This document shows, in pieces, positions 23,408 to 34,708 of a stretch of DNA of 64,000 bases. Numbering within the stretch: the stretch's first letter is position 1; the number at the start of each line of letters is the position of its first letter. Source of the stretch: Styela clava (lineage: Eukaryota); NCBI RefSeq assembly GCF_964204865.1, contig NC_135256.1, forward strand, positions 9,734,001-9,798,000, given 5' to 3'. The translations under genes were made by a program, and so were the position numbers. Under the pieces are notes generated by a model. The model saw only the letters and a list, made by a program, of their open reading frames with translations. It was not told the origin of the DNA and did not search any database.

Positions 23408-24634
23408 ATGGCTTTGCTTAGTAAGAAGAGATCATCTTTTGAAAAAGCAGAATCTTCTTATCAGGATAAGTTGGAACCACACTGTTTTCTTCAGTGTCAT
23501 GATTCCGGTGTGGATGCGAGCGATTACAGCCATCAAGTTTGGTGCTGTAAATTTCTCCCATCATCAAGAGATATTGTTGCTACATGTGGAAGTGAGAGTG
23601 TCTGTCTAATAGACACAAATTCAGCGAGAGTAAGGGCTAAATTTACAAAACCAAACGAAGAATTTTACACACTCGATTGGACAGTTTTAAATGTCGGGTC
23701 TCATTCTTCAAATGTAATTGCATGTGGCGGTTGCTTGGGATTTATCTATCTCATCAATACAGAAAGATTTATTGTTTATAATTATTTTAAATCTCATAGT
23801 AAACCAGTGCAAACGATGTCCTTCGTTCCTGGGCATCCTACTCTGCTACTTTCTGCGGGCAACGAAAAAAAGATTTATTTATGGGATATTGGGATACCTT
23901 CGTTACCAGATTATCATTCATATCATAAAAAATTGGCGTTGTTTGACAACTTATTATTCAGTCCTTTAAAGATGATAACACTAAAAGAAGAATATCTTTT
24001 TTGTGCATCTGAAGGTGGTCTTTTTTGTTGGGAAACAGGCGATGCGTTAAAAATAAAAAACAGTGATGTTAAGGGTTCAAAATTTGAAAAATTCAATGAA
24101 ATTACCGAAATAAAATTTCTTAATGTTGATGACGAGCCTGTTGTGGATGGGCTTGCCATAATTGATGATGATTTGATTGCAACAAAATGCGCACAGACAG
24201 GAGTTATATTTTTATGGCAGCCCAGCTCAATACTGAAGAAAATAGGCCTACGAAAAATTGTAATGCCTTCAGTTATAAGTGAATTGAAATGGTCTAACAC
24301 TGAACAATTTTACATAAATATAACTTCTTGTGTGAAAAACAAAATTCTTTTTGCTGGAGATGAAAAAGGATCTATTTGGGTATATGATTGTGGATCAGAC
24401 GTAGGAAAGTCTCCAGCTAAGACACAAAAAGTGGAAAAGGCGCGTAACTCTGGTCACTTGCAACATGCTTCTGCCATTATAAAATGGCCAGACTGTTTAA
24501 GTACTGACAAACAGCCCTTATTAGAGCTTAACAAAGGAACTGTTTTAAATGATATATGTTGTAGTTTTGACATGAGTTATGTTGTGGCTGTTGCAGATTG
24601 CAATTTAGTATGCATTTATAAATATCCTGCTTGA
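23408..24634 (+). CDS. LRWD1: LRWD1/ORCA-like WD40-repeat protein, intronless, WD40 domain only
   Basis: LEPHCFLQCH...QVWCCKF...VATCGSESVCLID...EEFYTLDWT...KKIYLWDIGIP matches the LRWD1 WD40 region (LEPLHFLQCH...VATCGGEAVCVID...EEFFSVAWT...IILWDIGVP). AATAAA at 24646-24651. Confidence 0.8.
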   Translation: MALLSKKRSSFEKAESSYQDKLEPHCFLQCHDSGVDASDYSHQVWCCKFLPSSRDIVATCGSESVCLIDTNSARVRAKFTKPNEEFYTLDWTVLNVGSHSSNVIACGGCLGFIYLINTERFIVYNYFKSHSKPVQTMSFVPGHPTLLLSAGNEKKIYLWDIGIPSLPDYHSYHKKLALFDNLLFSPLKMITLKEEYLFCASEGGLFCWETGDALKIKNSDVKGSKFEKFNEITEIKFLNVDDEPVVDGLAIIDDDLIATKCAQTGVIFLWQPSSILKKIGLRKIVMPSVISELKWSNTEQFYINITSCVKNKILFAGDEKGSIWVYDCGSDVGKSPAKTQKVEKARNSGHLQHASAIIKWPDCLSTDKQPLLELNKGTVLNDICCSFDMSYVVAVADCNLVCIYKYPA

Positions 24635-25396
24635 TGTTTGTTTTGAATAAAACAACTCAATTTTGAAATTATTTGCCAAAAAAATTTTCAAGAGTCAGCA
24701 TAGTATACTAATGTGAAATGTCCTCACCGGAATGACCTGTTTATTTTTGTCATATTTTCTGTGATTTGTGCTTTATTATTTTTAATGGATTGATTAGCGA
24801 GGTAAATAATGATGTTGTTGAATATGAAGAATATTTTTAAATCATTGTGATTTGATTAAATTATATTTGTTCAATTGCTAATTGTCATTCTGTTTAAATT
24901 TTAGCAAGCTAAATACTTCATATTTTGTATTAATACTTCCAAACTTTTCCCAAATCATAAATTTGTGATAATGTATTGCATTTGTGCATTTTATTGATTT
25001 GATGACACTGCCACTATTTCCACAGTAAATATTTTAATATTCAAAAAGTCACTGTGATATACTCTAACCTAGAAATGAGTTGGTTTTGTTTTGAATTTAT
25101 CTTGCTGTGTCTTGTCCATTGCCATCTGACTGCATATATATATGAAATACATAGGGATTTTTTTGACTAGGTATTTTTTACATACTTTCATGTTCATTCA
25201 CAAATGTGTTGATTGTCAAATTCATTTGTTGGTAATTCTTATTTATGGTATTAAACATTTTAGCATGATCACTTTTCAATATTGCCTGTATTAATGGACA
25301 ATTTTATAGATTTTGTGTGAACTTTCATTTGTTTTAAACTTTTCATACTTTTTAATATTTTGAAGTGCTAATTGATAATTTAGTTAATTAGGATCA

Positions 25397-26425
25397 ATGG
25401 AAACCAAACAGGAGGTTGTTCGGGTGTCTGATTTATCCGTAGATGACTTTGAACGTAAATTTCTCACCAAGGAATGTCCCGTCGTAATAAATAGTTGCTT
25501 AAAAGATCTCTCCATTGCAAATTGGAATTTTGAATACCTTTTATCAAGAGTTGCCGACAATGAAGTTAATGTACGAGGCCGAACAAACTGCCAGGAATAC
25601 AAAGTTGGGAAAAATTATACTTTAAGGAAAACTACATTCAGGGAATATATTCAAGATTTACAAAAGTGTAGTGCAAGGGGATCAAGTTCTTACATGGCCG
25701 TACAAAACATTGCAAAAGTGTTTCCACAGCTTTCAAACGAATGTGTACTTCCTGCATATATTCGGAAGGTTCATAATGGGCCTTTCATGTGGATAGCTCA
25801 GAAGGGGCATTATGAATTTTGTCATTTTGACCCAGATGAAGGAATGCTCATGATAATTGAAGGAAGAAAACGAGTAAAACTTTACAAAAGTTCTGACTTA
25901 GATGAACTTTATCCAAATCCCTTAGGTTCAAAGGGAAAAACTATACAGTCTCAGGTTGACTGTGAAAAACCCGATTTAGAAAAGTATTCTCGTTTTCGCA
26001 ATGCAACTTGTTTTGAATGTGTGCTTAACTCAGGAGATGCATTATATATTCCAGCATTCTGGTGGCATCAAGTTACTTCAGAAACGATTTCTGTTTCTAT
26101 AAATGTATTCTTTGGTGATTTTGGTACAAACAGATACATTTCGAGACACCTTGTTGGACAATCATGGCCGGCCTTTAGGTACTGGATATTAAATATTGTT
26201 GAACAAAACAGACAACATAAATCTTTTCAAAGGACATTGGAACGTCTCAAAGCATGCATAGAGAACCTATTACTAAAACAGTTCCATGAAGTTGCAACTG
26301 AAGAACAGTTGAATTTTCTTGTTAAAATGATTATGGAATATTTACAAATTAGTGAGCTTCCTAAGTTTTCTGAAGGTGGTAAACATCCTCCTCCCTTGAA
26401 AATAAGAGGTTTGAGATGGAGATAG
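25397..26425 (+). CDS. JmjC/cupin-8 family Fe(II)/2-oxoglutarate oxygenase (KDM8/TYW5/FIH-like), intronless
   Basis: 342-aa ORF with PVVI..., HFD metal-binding motif, GRKRVKLY, SQVD.EKPDLEKY.RF and GDALYIPAFWWHQV distal His. Confidence 0.88.
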   Translation: METKQEVVRVSDLSVDDFERKFLTKECPVVINSCLKDLSIANWNFEYLLSRVADNEVNVRGRTNCQEYKVGKNYTLRKTTFREYIQDLQKCSARGSSSYMAVQNIAKVFPQLSNECVLPAYIRKVHNGPFMWIAQKGHYEFCHFDPDEGMLMIIEGRKRVKLYKSSDLDELYPNPLGSKGKTIQSQVDCEKPDLEKYSRFRNATCFECVLNSGDALYIPAFWWHQVTSETISVSINVFFGDFGTNRYISRHLVGQSWPAFRYWILNIVEQNRQHKSFQRTLERLKACIENLLLKQFHEVATEEQLNFLVKMIMEYLQISELPKFSEGGKHPPPLKIRGLRWR

Positions 26426-26568
26426 TGATTTTTCCCACTGCTTGCTTTTTTTGGTGAAACAAACGTCTTCAGAAAAAATATGTTACAAAACTCATTCATC
26501 TTTCTTTCAATAGTAAGAGACATACTGGAAGACATTATGCTATCAGAATCTTTCATATTGGTTGTTGG

Positions 26569-28239
26569 CAGGGGCGGACACTTTCCATAATTTTGGGGGG
26601 GGGGGGCGAACTTGAATCGCCACGATACACCGCGCCGTGTATCGTCACGTAACAATAGCCTGTCGATGTCATTCTCTAAGTATTAGCATGTCATTTTGCT
26701 ACTCTTATACCGAGTACCTAGGCTGCTTTGCTCGGACACAAAACTTGCGCGTCACTGAACCAATTTCTTGAATTCCGCGAGAATTAGCCCTCTTGCTAAC
26801 AAACAGAAAATAACAAATTTGAGGTCGGAACTTCCCATTGCCGTATGCAACAAGCACCGCGATTACGCGCTCGTTAAAAGAGCCGCCTTTTCAAGCGTAT
26901 AATGATTTTTCTGTCGATCCATGACAGCCACGAGATTCTGAAATGTCCTTACATATTAATATGGGGAAATAAAAATATGAGATAAGCTGCCTGATGTATT
27001 TAATTTTAATACGTATTTTTGCAATCTTCCGAACTCGTTATCGCCGTTACAAAAATCTCGATATCTGATATACGCCACTTGTTAAAAGAGCCGACTTTAT
27101 CAACGAAAAATGATTTTTCACTTGTGCAAAGTAATCAATCAAAGACCGATACGGGCATATTCAAAATGTCTTGATTTATTAATTTAATTGTCTTCAATAT
27201 ACACTGCGGTCGAGTCGACAAAACAAGAGCCACTCTAAAACACGACGGCAATCCACGGACATAAAAATGTGTGGTAAACTGCCCGTTTATATATTGTTTT
27301 GATGCGTATTTTTGCTATTTTGCGAATTCGATTATTTTGAGATGTACTTATCACACTGGCTCCGCTCAATCGCAATGTTGTCACTCCGATTATTTTTAAA
27401 GATAAAACCTTTCGAAAAATTCATAAATTTCCTGTCAATTCCGACGTATAGTAAAAGTTATTTCAGTACAATGAAAATACATAAATAAATACAAAAAGTG
27501 ATCGAATATACTTTAATTATCTTATATATCATCACAAACCTGGGAAAAGTCGCGTTGTCAGCTTTGTTTAATGTTAACACGAAAATTTTCGACGTCATTT
27601 TAAAAGTAATGGATAAAAAGGCAAATCCCGCTCACAATTGACCGTGTTTCGATTTTAGTGACGAAATGTTTTTAAAGGTCAAGCAAACATAATTTGTGAA
27701 ATTTTGCGATTTTCGATGCCTAGAAAAGCGTTTTTAGACTGTCGCGGGCCTCAACAAAACTCATATTATTTACAGTTTTATTTTTAGTATTTTATATTGT
27801 CGCTTTTCGACATAGTAAATGCTTTGATCTTTGCCCGCAAATTATGCTGGGCCTTGCACGAAATCCATAACGTGAAAATACACGTCCAGCGGTGAAAATT
27901 GTTTATAACAACTTTAGATCTAGTTAATTTTCTAGCGATAATAATTAATTGTTGTAATGAAACACAGTTTGCCTCTTTCACTTCTCTCGCAAGTGCCAAC
28001 AATAACACTATTGAAAGATTATGACAACACTGAGAAAATCATATTAAATTGTACAAAAATGAATTAGTTGAGCAAAACCGTGGCGCGTGATCGGCGGTGC
28101 GTTTGAAGACGGAGTATTACCCGTGCGGGCGCGCATGTTTAACGAAAATGTGAGGTGCTCCGAAGGCTCTGGTCCACATTATTGTAAGAAAACAGTTATA
28201 ATATCGGTGACTATTAACCCCCCCGGGTGTCCGCCCCTG
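26569..28239. mobile_element. Non-autonomous hAT-type element (1.67 kb) just downstream of the JmjC stop codon
   Basis: TIR CAGGGGCGGACAC/GTGTCCGCCCCTG; perfect 8-bp TSD GTTGTTGG (26561-26568, 28240-28247). Confidence 0.9.
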
Positions 28240-29122
28240 GTTGTTGGACCTTCTTGAGAAAAACCTTTAACGGGATTCCTACCTTTAATTTGTCGTATCA
28301 AATAGTCATACTTGTTTCTCTATCAAATATATCATCAGTGTTCGTGCCTTACATTTATTTTGCGTAATTGGCGAAGTTTTTATATTTATTTTAGTTTTTA
28401 TGACATCACAGCACCGAACATGATAAATATGTTAGGGATTATATGGGACATCATTTACAATTCTGACAAAACTCGTTTTCGGGCAGCCTTATGCATTGTT
28501 TTATTGGCACTATGGACACAATTTTTGTAAGAACACTGTTACAATAAGCGGTAATTATAATTTATTTTTTATGTTTTAATAAAACCGGTTGTGTTAGTGA
28601 GATAACGTGTATTGTTGACGTACACAAAGGAAAAAGTGTTAATGTAGGAAATTTGTATTTCGTAATTTGTAATATCTTTACTATATTGTTGCATAGGGAA
28701 AAATTTATAGTACCCCTCCAAATTAAGGTTTGGGACTTGGCTTCGCGAGTTTAATCTCCTGTTGCTTTGTGCATGTTGAATCTTGAATGGGAAATATTTA
28801 TGTTCTGTGTGGTCTTCCTATATCTGATTCTGCGCTACCCCCAAAAAAATATCGTGCCAAGGTACCCTGTTTCGGATACCGACATGACTATGGAAATTAG
28901 TAGAAAATACTATTTCGACATAAATTTCAGCGCAAATTCAAAACAATATTGAAATCACGTAACATAATCGACAAAGATTTCATAATAAACGCGATCTTTA
29001 GATATCACTCAAGAATAAACATGTCTTTCAATGTCGAAAGACGGCTTGATCGTTCAAAAAGCTGTATTTTCCCTCTCGCTAGGTAATAAATACGTATTTC
29101 GAAGAAAAAGGCATATATATAT

Positions 29123-29320
29123 AGGCGTTAGGAATACGCTCACCGCCCCATCTCTGATTACCCTGCGTGGGCTTGCATTCCGTGGGGGATAAAATCCGTG
29201 CGAGAGGATTGCTAGATACCTCGTCGCCTCAGGTTGGTTCACGCAACCGCTGGTAGGTTTCGGCTTCCTTCACCATCGAGTCCAATCTTGCACTCAATTA
29301 TCTTCGACAACTACCATTCA
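29123..29320 (+). mobile_element. tRNA-derived SINE fragment
   Basis: GCGTTAGGAATACGCT...CATCTCTGATTACC...GGCTTC...CACCATCGAGT aligns to the copy at 58586-58857. Confidence 0.6.
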
Positions 29321-30979
29321 CGAAAGTACAAATGCTCCTAAATCTCCTTTCTCTCCTAAATCCCCATCCTTCTCGTGGATCGGTTTAAGCTAATTCTATT
29401 ATGGAGGGCTTTGACTGACGAACGTGGAACTTAAATTTGGACTCTTAACGTATGTATGTATGTTTATTTGTAACAGTATTTGCATAATAATTAAACAGTA
29501 AAATAGAGACGGGATACATGTTCAAGACCTTACTGGCCTAAGACACAGATGTGCGACATGTACCCCTTAAGTTCAATTTGGATCTAAATTAATGTAAGTT
29601 GGAAACTTTGATGGGTTCGATCTCTAACTAAACAAATAGTTTGTGATCACTGATCAGACGAATTGGAAATCATCACAAATTTTTATTTCTCCCTTCATTC
29701 GAAGAAACAATGGAAATTCATTTGCCATGGAGTTCGTGAGCAACACCAGCGCGAATTTCTTTGGTGGGCTCGCTCGTCTATTCTCTTGTGATGCCTATGG
29801 TTGGCGTCGTTAAACAATATGCGTATTTCAAGATGTCGTCTAGGTGGGTAAAAACACCACAGTACTCCATTTCGGTTGAAGTATACGAAGCAGGTGTATA
29901 CGAGTTTTGAGAACAGAAGAACACCAGGGGTCCGTGAGAGAAAGTTTACTTACGTAACTGCTCAAGGAAGCAATAATGGCATTAATAAAATTGGACGACG
30001 GTAATGTCGAAATGTGACAAAGTGACAGTAATTTAAATAGCCTACGACATTAGCCATAAGCTCCCGTAGATAATTTCGTATGTTAATTTATTCAGGAACA
30101 GTAGTCGCTAAGTAACAATGTATTTTTTTTATAAATGTCCTGTGGGGCTCCGTGAATAAAAGTTAACTTCTTCACGGGATCCACAACACCAAGCGTTTGA
30201 GAACCCCTGCAGTCTAAGCAAATACTAGCGTGAAGAGACTCGTTCGTTTCATTGTGATGGCACTTGCTGATGTCGAGAAGATGTGAAGTTCCAATTGTGC
30301 AATATCAAGCAAATAATGCATTGTATATATGTGTTTTATTTATTGCTTATATTGAACTAATGATCGTGCCTGCTGATATAATGAATGGTCCACACGTTAT
30401 GTTATGCCTTGTGCTCAAACATTGTTCAATCGCATTCATAGTTCCCAGTTATACTCGACAAGATGCAGCGTATCATTTTATTCATCGCGCCATCAACATT
30501 CCAGTTGACAATTTCGAGTGGATTGGAGCTGGAAATAGAAAAGGAACTGGATATAGTTGCGCAGAAGCAAGTGTTACACTCGAGGAAGAGACTTATAAAA
30601 CCATGCCCACCGTGTAAATAACTGACGATGATCAGGCATATTTTATCCTTCTCAGGTGTGGTATCAGCGGCGAGAAGAGGGTATTTTTGGAGTCTTCGAC
30701 CCCCGTTCCACCGCGGAAATAATTTTGAACGCACATAACATGCTTGTCCAAATCGGTGATGGCTGGGAGACAGTGAAACTCCGATTAAATAGTTGCAATG
30801 ATTTGGGCCTTGAAGAAAAATATAAATGCAAAATGTATTGTGCACAATTATAATATACAGATGTCGCAAAATAGTACCAAGGCTTATAAAATGTATCGTT
30901 TGGATCAGTTTGCAAATAAAATAAAATGAAAGACAAAATTTAGATACGTATTTTTCTCGTGGCCAGCATAACATATATA

Positions 30980-31682
30980 TAGCCTTACCATACGTCCCGC
31001 TTTAGGCGGGACAGTCCCGCTTTTTAGCGTTTTGTCCCGCCGTCCCGACAAGTAAGCCAAAAGTCCCGCTTTTTAGCGTTTTGTTCCGACAAGTCAGTCA
31101 AAAGTCCCGCTTCGGCAATCAGTCATCCAGCATAATACACGAACATGTTACCGTTATTGCTGTGTAGCGCAACGCTGGCCTACTTACTGAAGGTGAATGC
31201 GTTATTTTGTTTGTTTCCTTGTTTCCCGCTAACATTGTTAGCGAACGTATCACATGTAAAATCAATTCTAATTGGTCCTGTTTGGACGTTGACGCGAATG
31301 CAACATTGAACAACGTCTTTTTGAAGGTGTTATCTACAGAAAAGCATGCTTGGACGAAAAAATTAATTCTCAATGCTTGAAAACAGCAGACTATTTCATT
31401 ATTCTTTATTCCTTTTGCTGTACATAATAAAAATCTACTAAATTAGGATCATTAGTATCGTTAGCGTCTATTTCTTTCTATTTTTCGAACTGAACCCGAT
31501 ATTTAGACAAAGAATATGCGCATGAACTCTCGATGACAATATGGTCAATGGAGACAGCCGGGATGGCTTTAAATTCAGGCATATGTAGTAAAATTGGAAA
31601 CTGTAAAATTACAGGATCACATCTAAGGGGTCGTGTCTTTGGAGGCGTCCCGCTTTGAAGTCAAAAAAATATGGTAACCCTA
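30980..31682. mobile_element. Non-autonomous hAT (Tip100-like) MITE
   Basis: Imperfect TIR TAGCCTTACCATA/TATGGTAACCCTA; GTCCCG subterminal repeats; 8-bp TSD CATATATA (30972-30979, 31683-31690). Confidence 0.85.
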
Positions 31683-32431
31683 CATATATATATACATATT
31701 TTTAACTGACTGACTAACTTTCAATTAGTTATTGACTTGAGCTTTCTAAAGTGTTTTTTACAACAGCAAGTTTTGTTATACCACATATAATTGCTCTTAT
31801 AGTTTACCACGAACATTCAGTTAAACAAACATTTCATCCATATTTTGGCCGCATCCCTGCTGACAAAAGTTCCTTTTTGCACATAATATTTTTAAGTATT
31901 TGTAAAGCTACATGAAACGTTCAATAACCGATATTTCAGCACGCTAATAACTCCATTGTGAAAGACGTAATAAAACATATATATATATACGGTACCTCGC
32001 AAAAATGAAAATTTTTGTGTTTGGTTTCGTAATGTCCCTTCGGATTATATTTATTCGTGACAGATATTACTTGAAAAAACACTAGACACTGCGGTGTACC
32101 GTTGTTGTGGGCAAATAAATACGTTGTCGCCCAGTTTTCCTCTGCCAGTAGTGTTTTTACTTAAATAAAGACACAAAACCTCCCCTCAAATAAGGACTTG
32201 CTTGACGCGAGCTTAGGTGCAAAGTTTAGATGTCAAGCGCTACTCATCTCATCGGCTGGGTCCTGTCTGCGCAAGACAATTCATTCTCTTTGTACCGATC
32301 ACAGGACGCCATTCCCATATTGTCACCTTCTTGACGTTTAAAGATACAGCATTGAAATTCCGTGGTGTTAACAAGCATAACTCCCGACATCGTGATTAGA
32401 AAAACGGTTCTAATCACGAAATCCCAATCCC

Positions 32432-34034
32432 TAGGGCTGGGACCCCGGGTAATCCCGAACCCGGGATTCGGACTTTTTTTTAAAATCCCTATCCCGCAAT
32501 TATTTCCTAAAAATCCCGGGATTCTAGGGCTTTGTTATTCGTATATAGATATTCTCAGAAATGGCAGGTTATACCATTTTATTCAATACTTATTTTGAAA
32601 AAAAAAAGCCATCCACGCTTACAGTTCGAGTCAGTCAGACTAAGTGGAAATACTGTGCGAAATTTTCCTCAAATTTTACTATGGAATTAATATTTGACCA
32701 GGAGGAATGCCATTATTGCCGACTTATTTAATCCTCATTTAAACTCAAAATAGCATTCAGGATTTAAGCAATGGCTTTGCAGGGTTTTTCTTCCCTATTT
32801 AATACGAAAATTAAACAACCCCAATAGAAAAGTAAAATCAAAAAATCAAGATGGTCAACTATCGTCTTCATAAATATATATTATTTTATATATATACATA
32901 AATATTATTTTTAGCTTAAAATTGGGACAGTTAATTTACAAACGGTGACAAGAAAGATCAAAGTGCTCTCAAAGATCAAATCCAAAAGATAAATATCAGA
33001 ATAAAATCCTGACTTTTACCCGATATTCGACAATTCGTTGAAATTATTCGATTCGATGAAAATATAGTATTTCGCCCACCCTTGCAATCTGTAATCATGC
33101 CAGAAATCTGGCGAAACGCGTGGTAGTTCAAACACTGATGCAATGAAACTTGATAAAACTTTCATAAAATTAGTAAATTGCACTAGGCCTACTTCACGAA
33201 AGCGTGGTGGAATTGACGATTATTTCATATCTCGAACACAAAAACGGTTATCTTTTTCGGATGGTTTCTGCGGTCTGAAAAGTCGAATAAGCGTTTCGAC
33301 ATAGTAAATGCTATAATCTTTGCCATCAAATTATGCTCGGGCCTTGCACGGAATTCATAACGTGAAAAGATACGTCCAGCGGTGAAAATTATTTATAGCA
33401 ACATTAAACCTATTTAGTGTTTTTAGCGATGAAAATTAATTGTAATGAAATACAGTTTGTTTGCCTTTTTCATATCTATCGCAAGTGCCGACAATAACAC
33501 TATTGAATGATTTTGGCAATGGGAGAAACATATTAAAGTGTAACAAAAATGAATTAGGTTGTGAAAAAGTAAGAATACATTACATGAGATAATAATAATG
33601 GCGTAACGTCGAGCAAAATCGAAGCGCGTGGTCAGCGGTGCGTTTGAAGACCACGTATTACCCGTGCGGCCGTGCAACTTTTAAAATAATGTGAGGTGCT
33701 CCGAAGACGCTCTCGTTTACATCAATGTAGGAAAACAATTGTAATATCGGTAACTATTAACCATTTGTTCGCGTTCGACTATCGCACTCTCTATGAGTAG
33801 GAAATGTTCGTGTTTTGTGATAGATGTGCCGCGAATATTTAAAGAGCTAAATAGTGTCCCACGATATAAAAAAAGGTTGGGAATCACTGCCCTAGATGCT
33901 CCAATATTTCTGCGTCGATATTACATGGAATAAATACGTGATTTTATTATTTCAATCTTCTACTTAATCCCGGGATTACACGGCTCAATCCCGATGCCGG
34001 GATTTCAAAAACTTGCTCCGAAATCCCAACCCTA
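32432..34034. mobile_element. Non-autonomous hAT-type composite element (1.6 kb)
   Basis: TIR TAGGGCTGGGA/TCCCAACCCTA; ATCCCG(GGAT) subterminal repeats at both ends; TSD CCAATCCC/CCAATTCC. Confidence 0.75.
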
Positions 34035-34689
34035 CCAATTCCAGTACTTGGAATAGCAAAAAAAAACTCCTAATTTCCTACCACTGCGAGTGGCCTACCC
34101 ACCCAGTTCGTAACACCCGCAGTGAAGTGGTTTGGTCTTCGTTGGAATAACCCTGCCCCAACTATAATGAAGTTGCGGAAGAAATCCCTGGGATTCCATT
34201 TTATTCTCAAAAATATTAGAATGATTTTAAATACCGTATGTGCGAAAACAATAAATATAAAACATATTTTTTTAAATATCTTGTATCTACTAAATATCAT
34301 GGTGTTAAACGTAAAGTCAAGTAAGTGCTGAATTTGTGTATACAGGAAACGCCAAAGTTCGGCTATAACCTCATAGCCTGTTCCGTGTGTCTGAAAATCT
34401 GAATTGCCCAATGCAACAACATCGGTAAGCCCGCAACGACGGGCGTAATTCACAAGATATTTTCCGCTAGAAGCAGATATTAATTTCCAAAAACATCGCG
34501 CACGAAATCATCGCATCCTGGTATTGTCTCATTCGTCATTGTACGGCATGTTTGCCGAGAAGACGCATCATGTACCAGCAAAGAGACGTCGCAGAGGTAC
34601 ACACGACCCGTTGTTCAAAGTTCACTTTACTTCCGTATATTTTAGCGAATGAAACAGAGCCACCTAAGCCCCGCCTCTAAATCATTGAG

Positions 34690-34708
34690 CGTGGGGGAGT
34701 CTGATTGG
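34690..34708 (-). promoter_or_regulatory. ER stress response element (ERSE) upstream of HSP90B1
   Basis: Minus strand reads CCAAT-cagactccc-CCACG, the exact CCAAT-N9-CCACG consensus. Nearby GC-box-like CCCCGCC and ETS-like ACTTCCG; downstream gene is GRP94, a canonical ERSE target. Confidence 0.8.
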
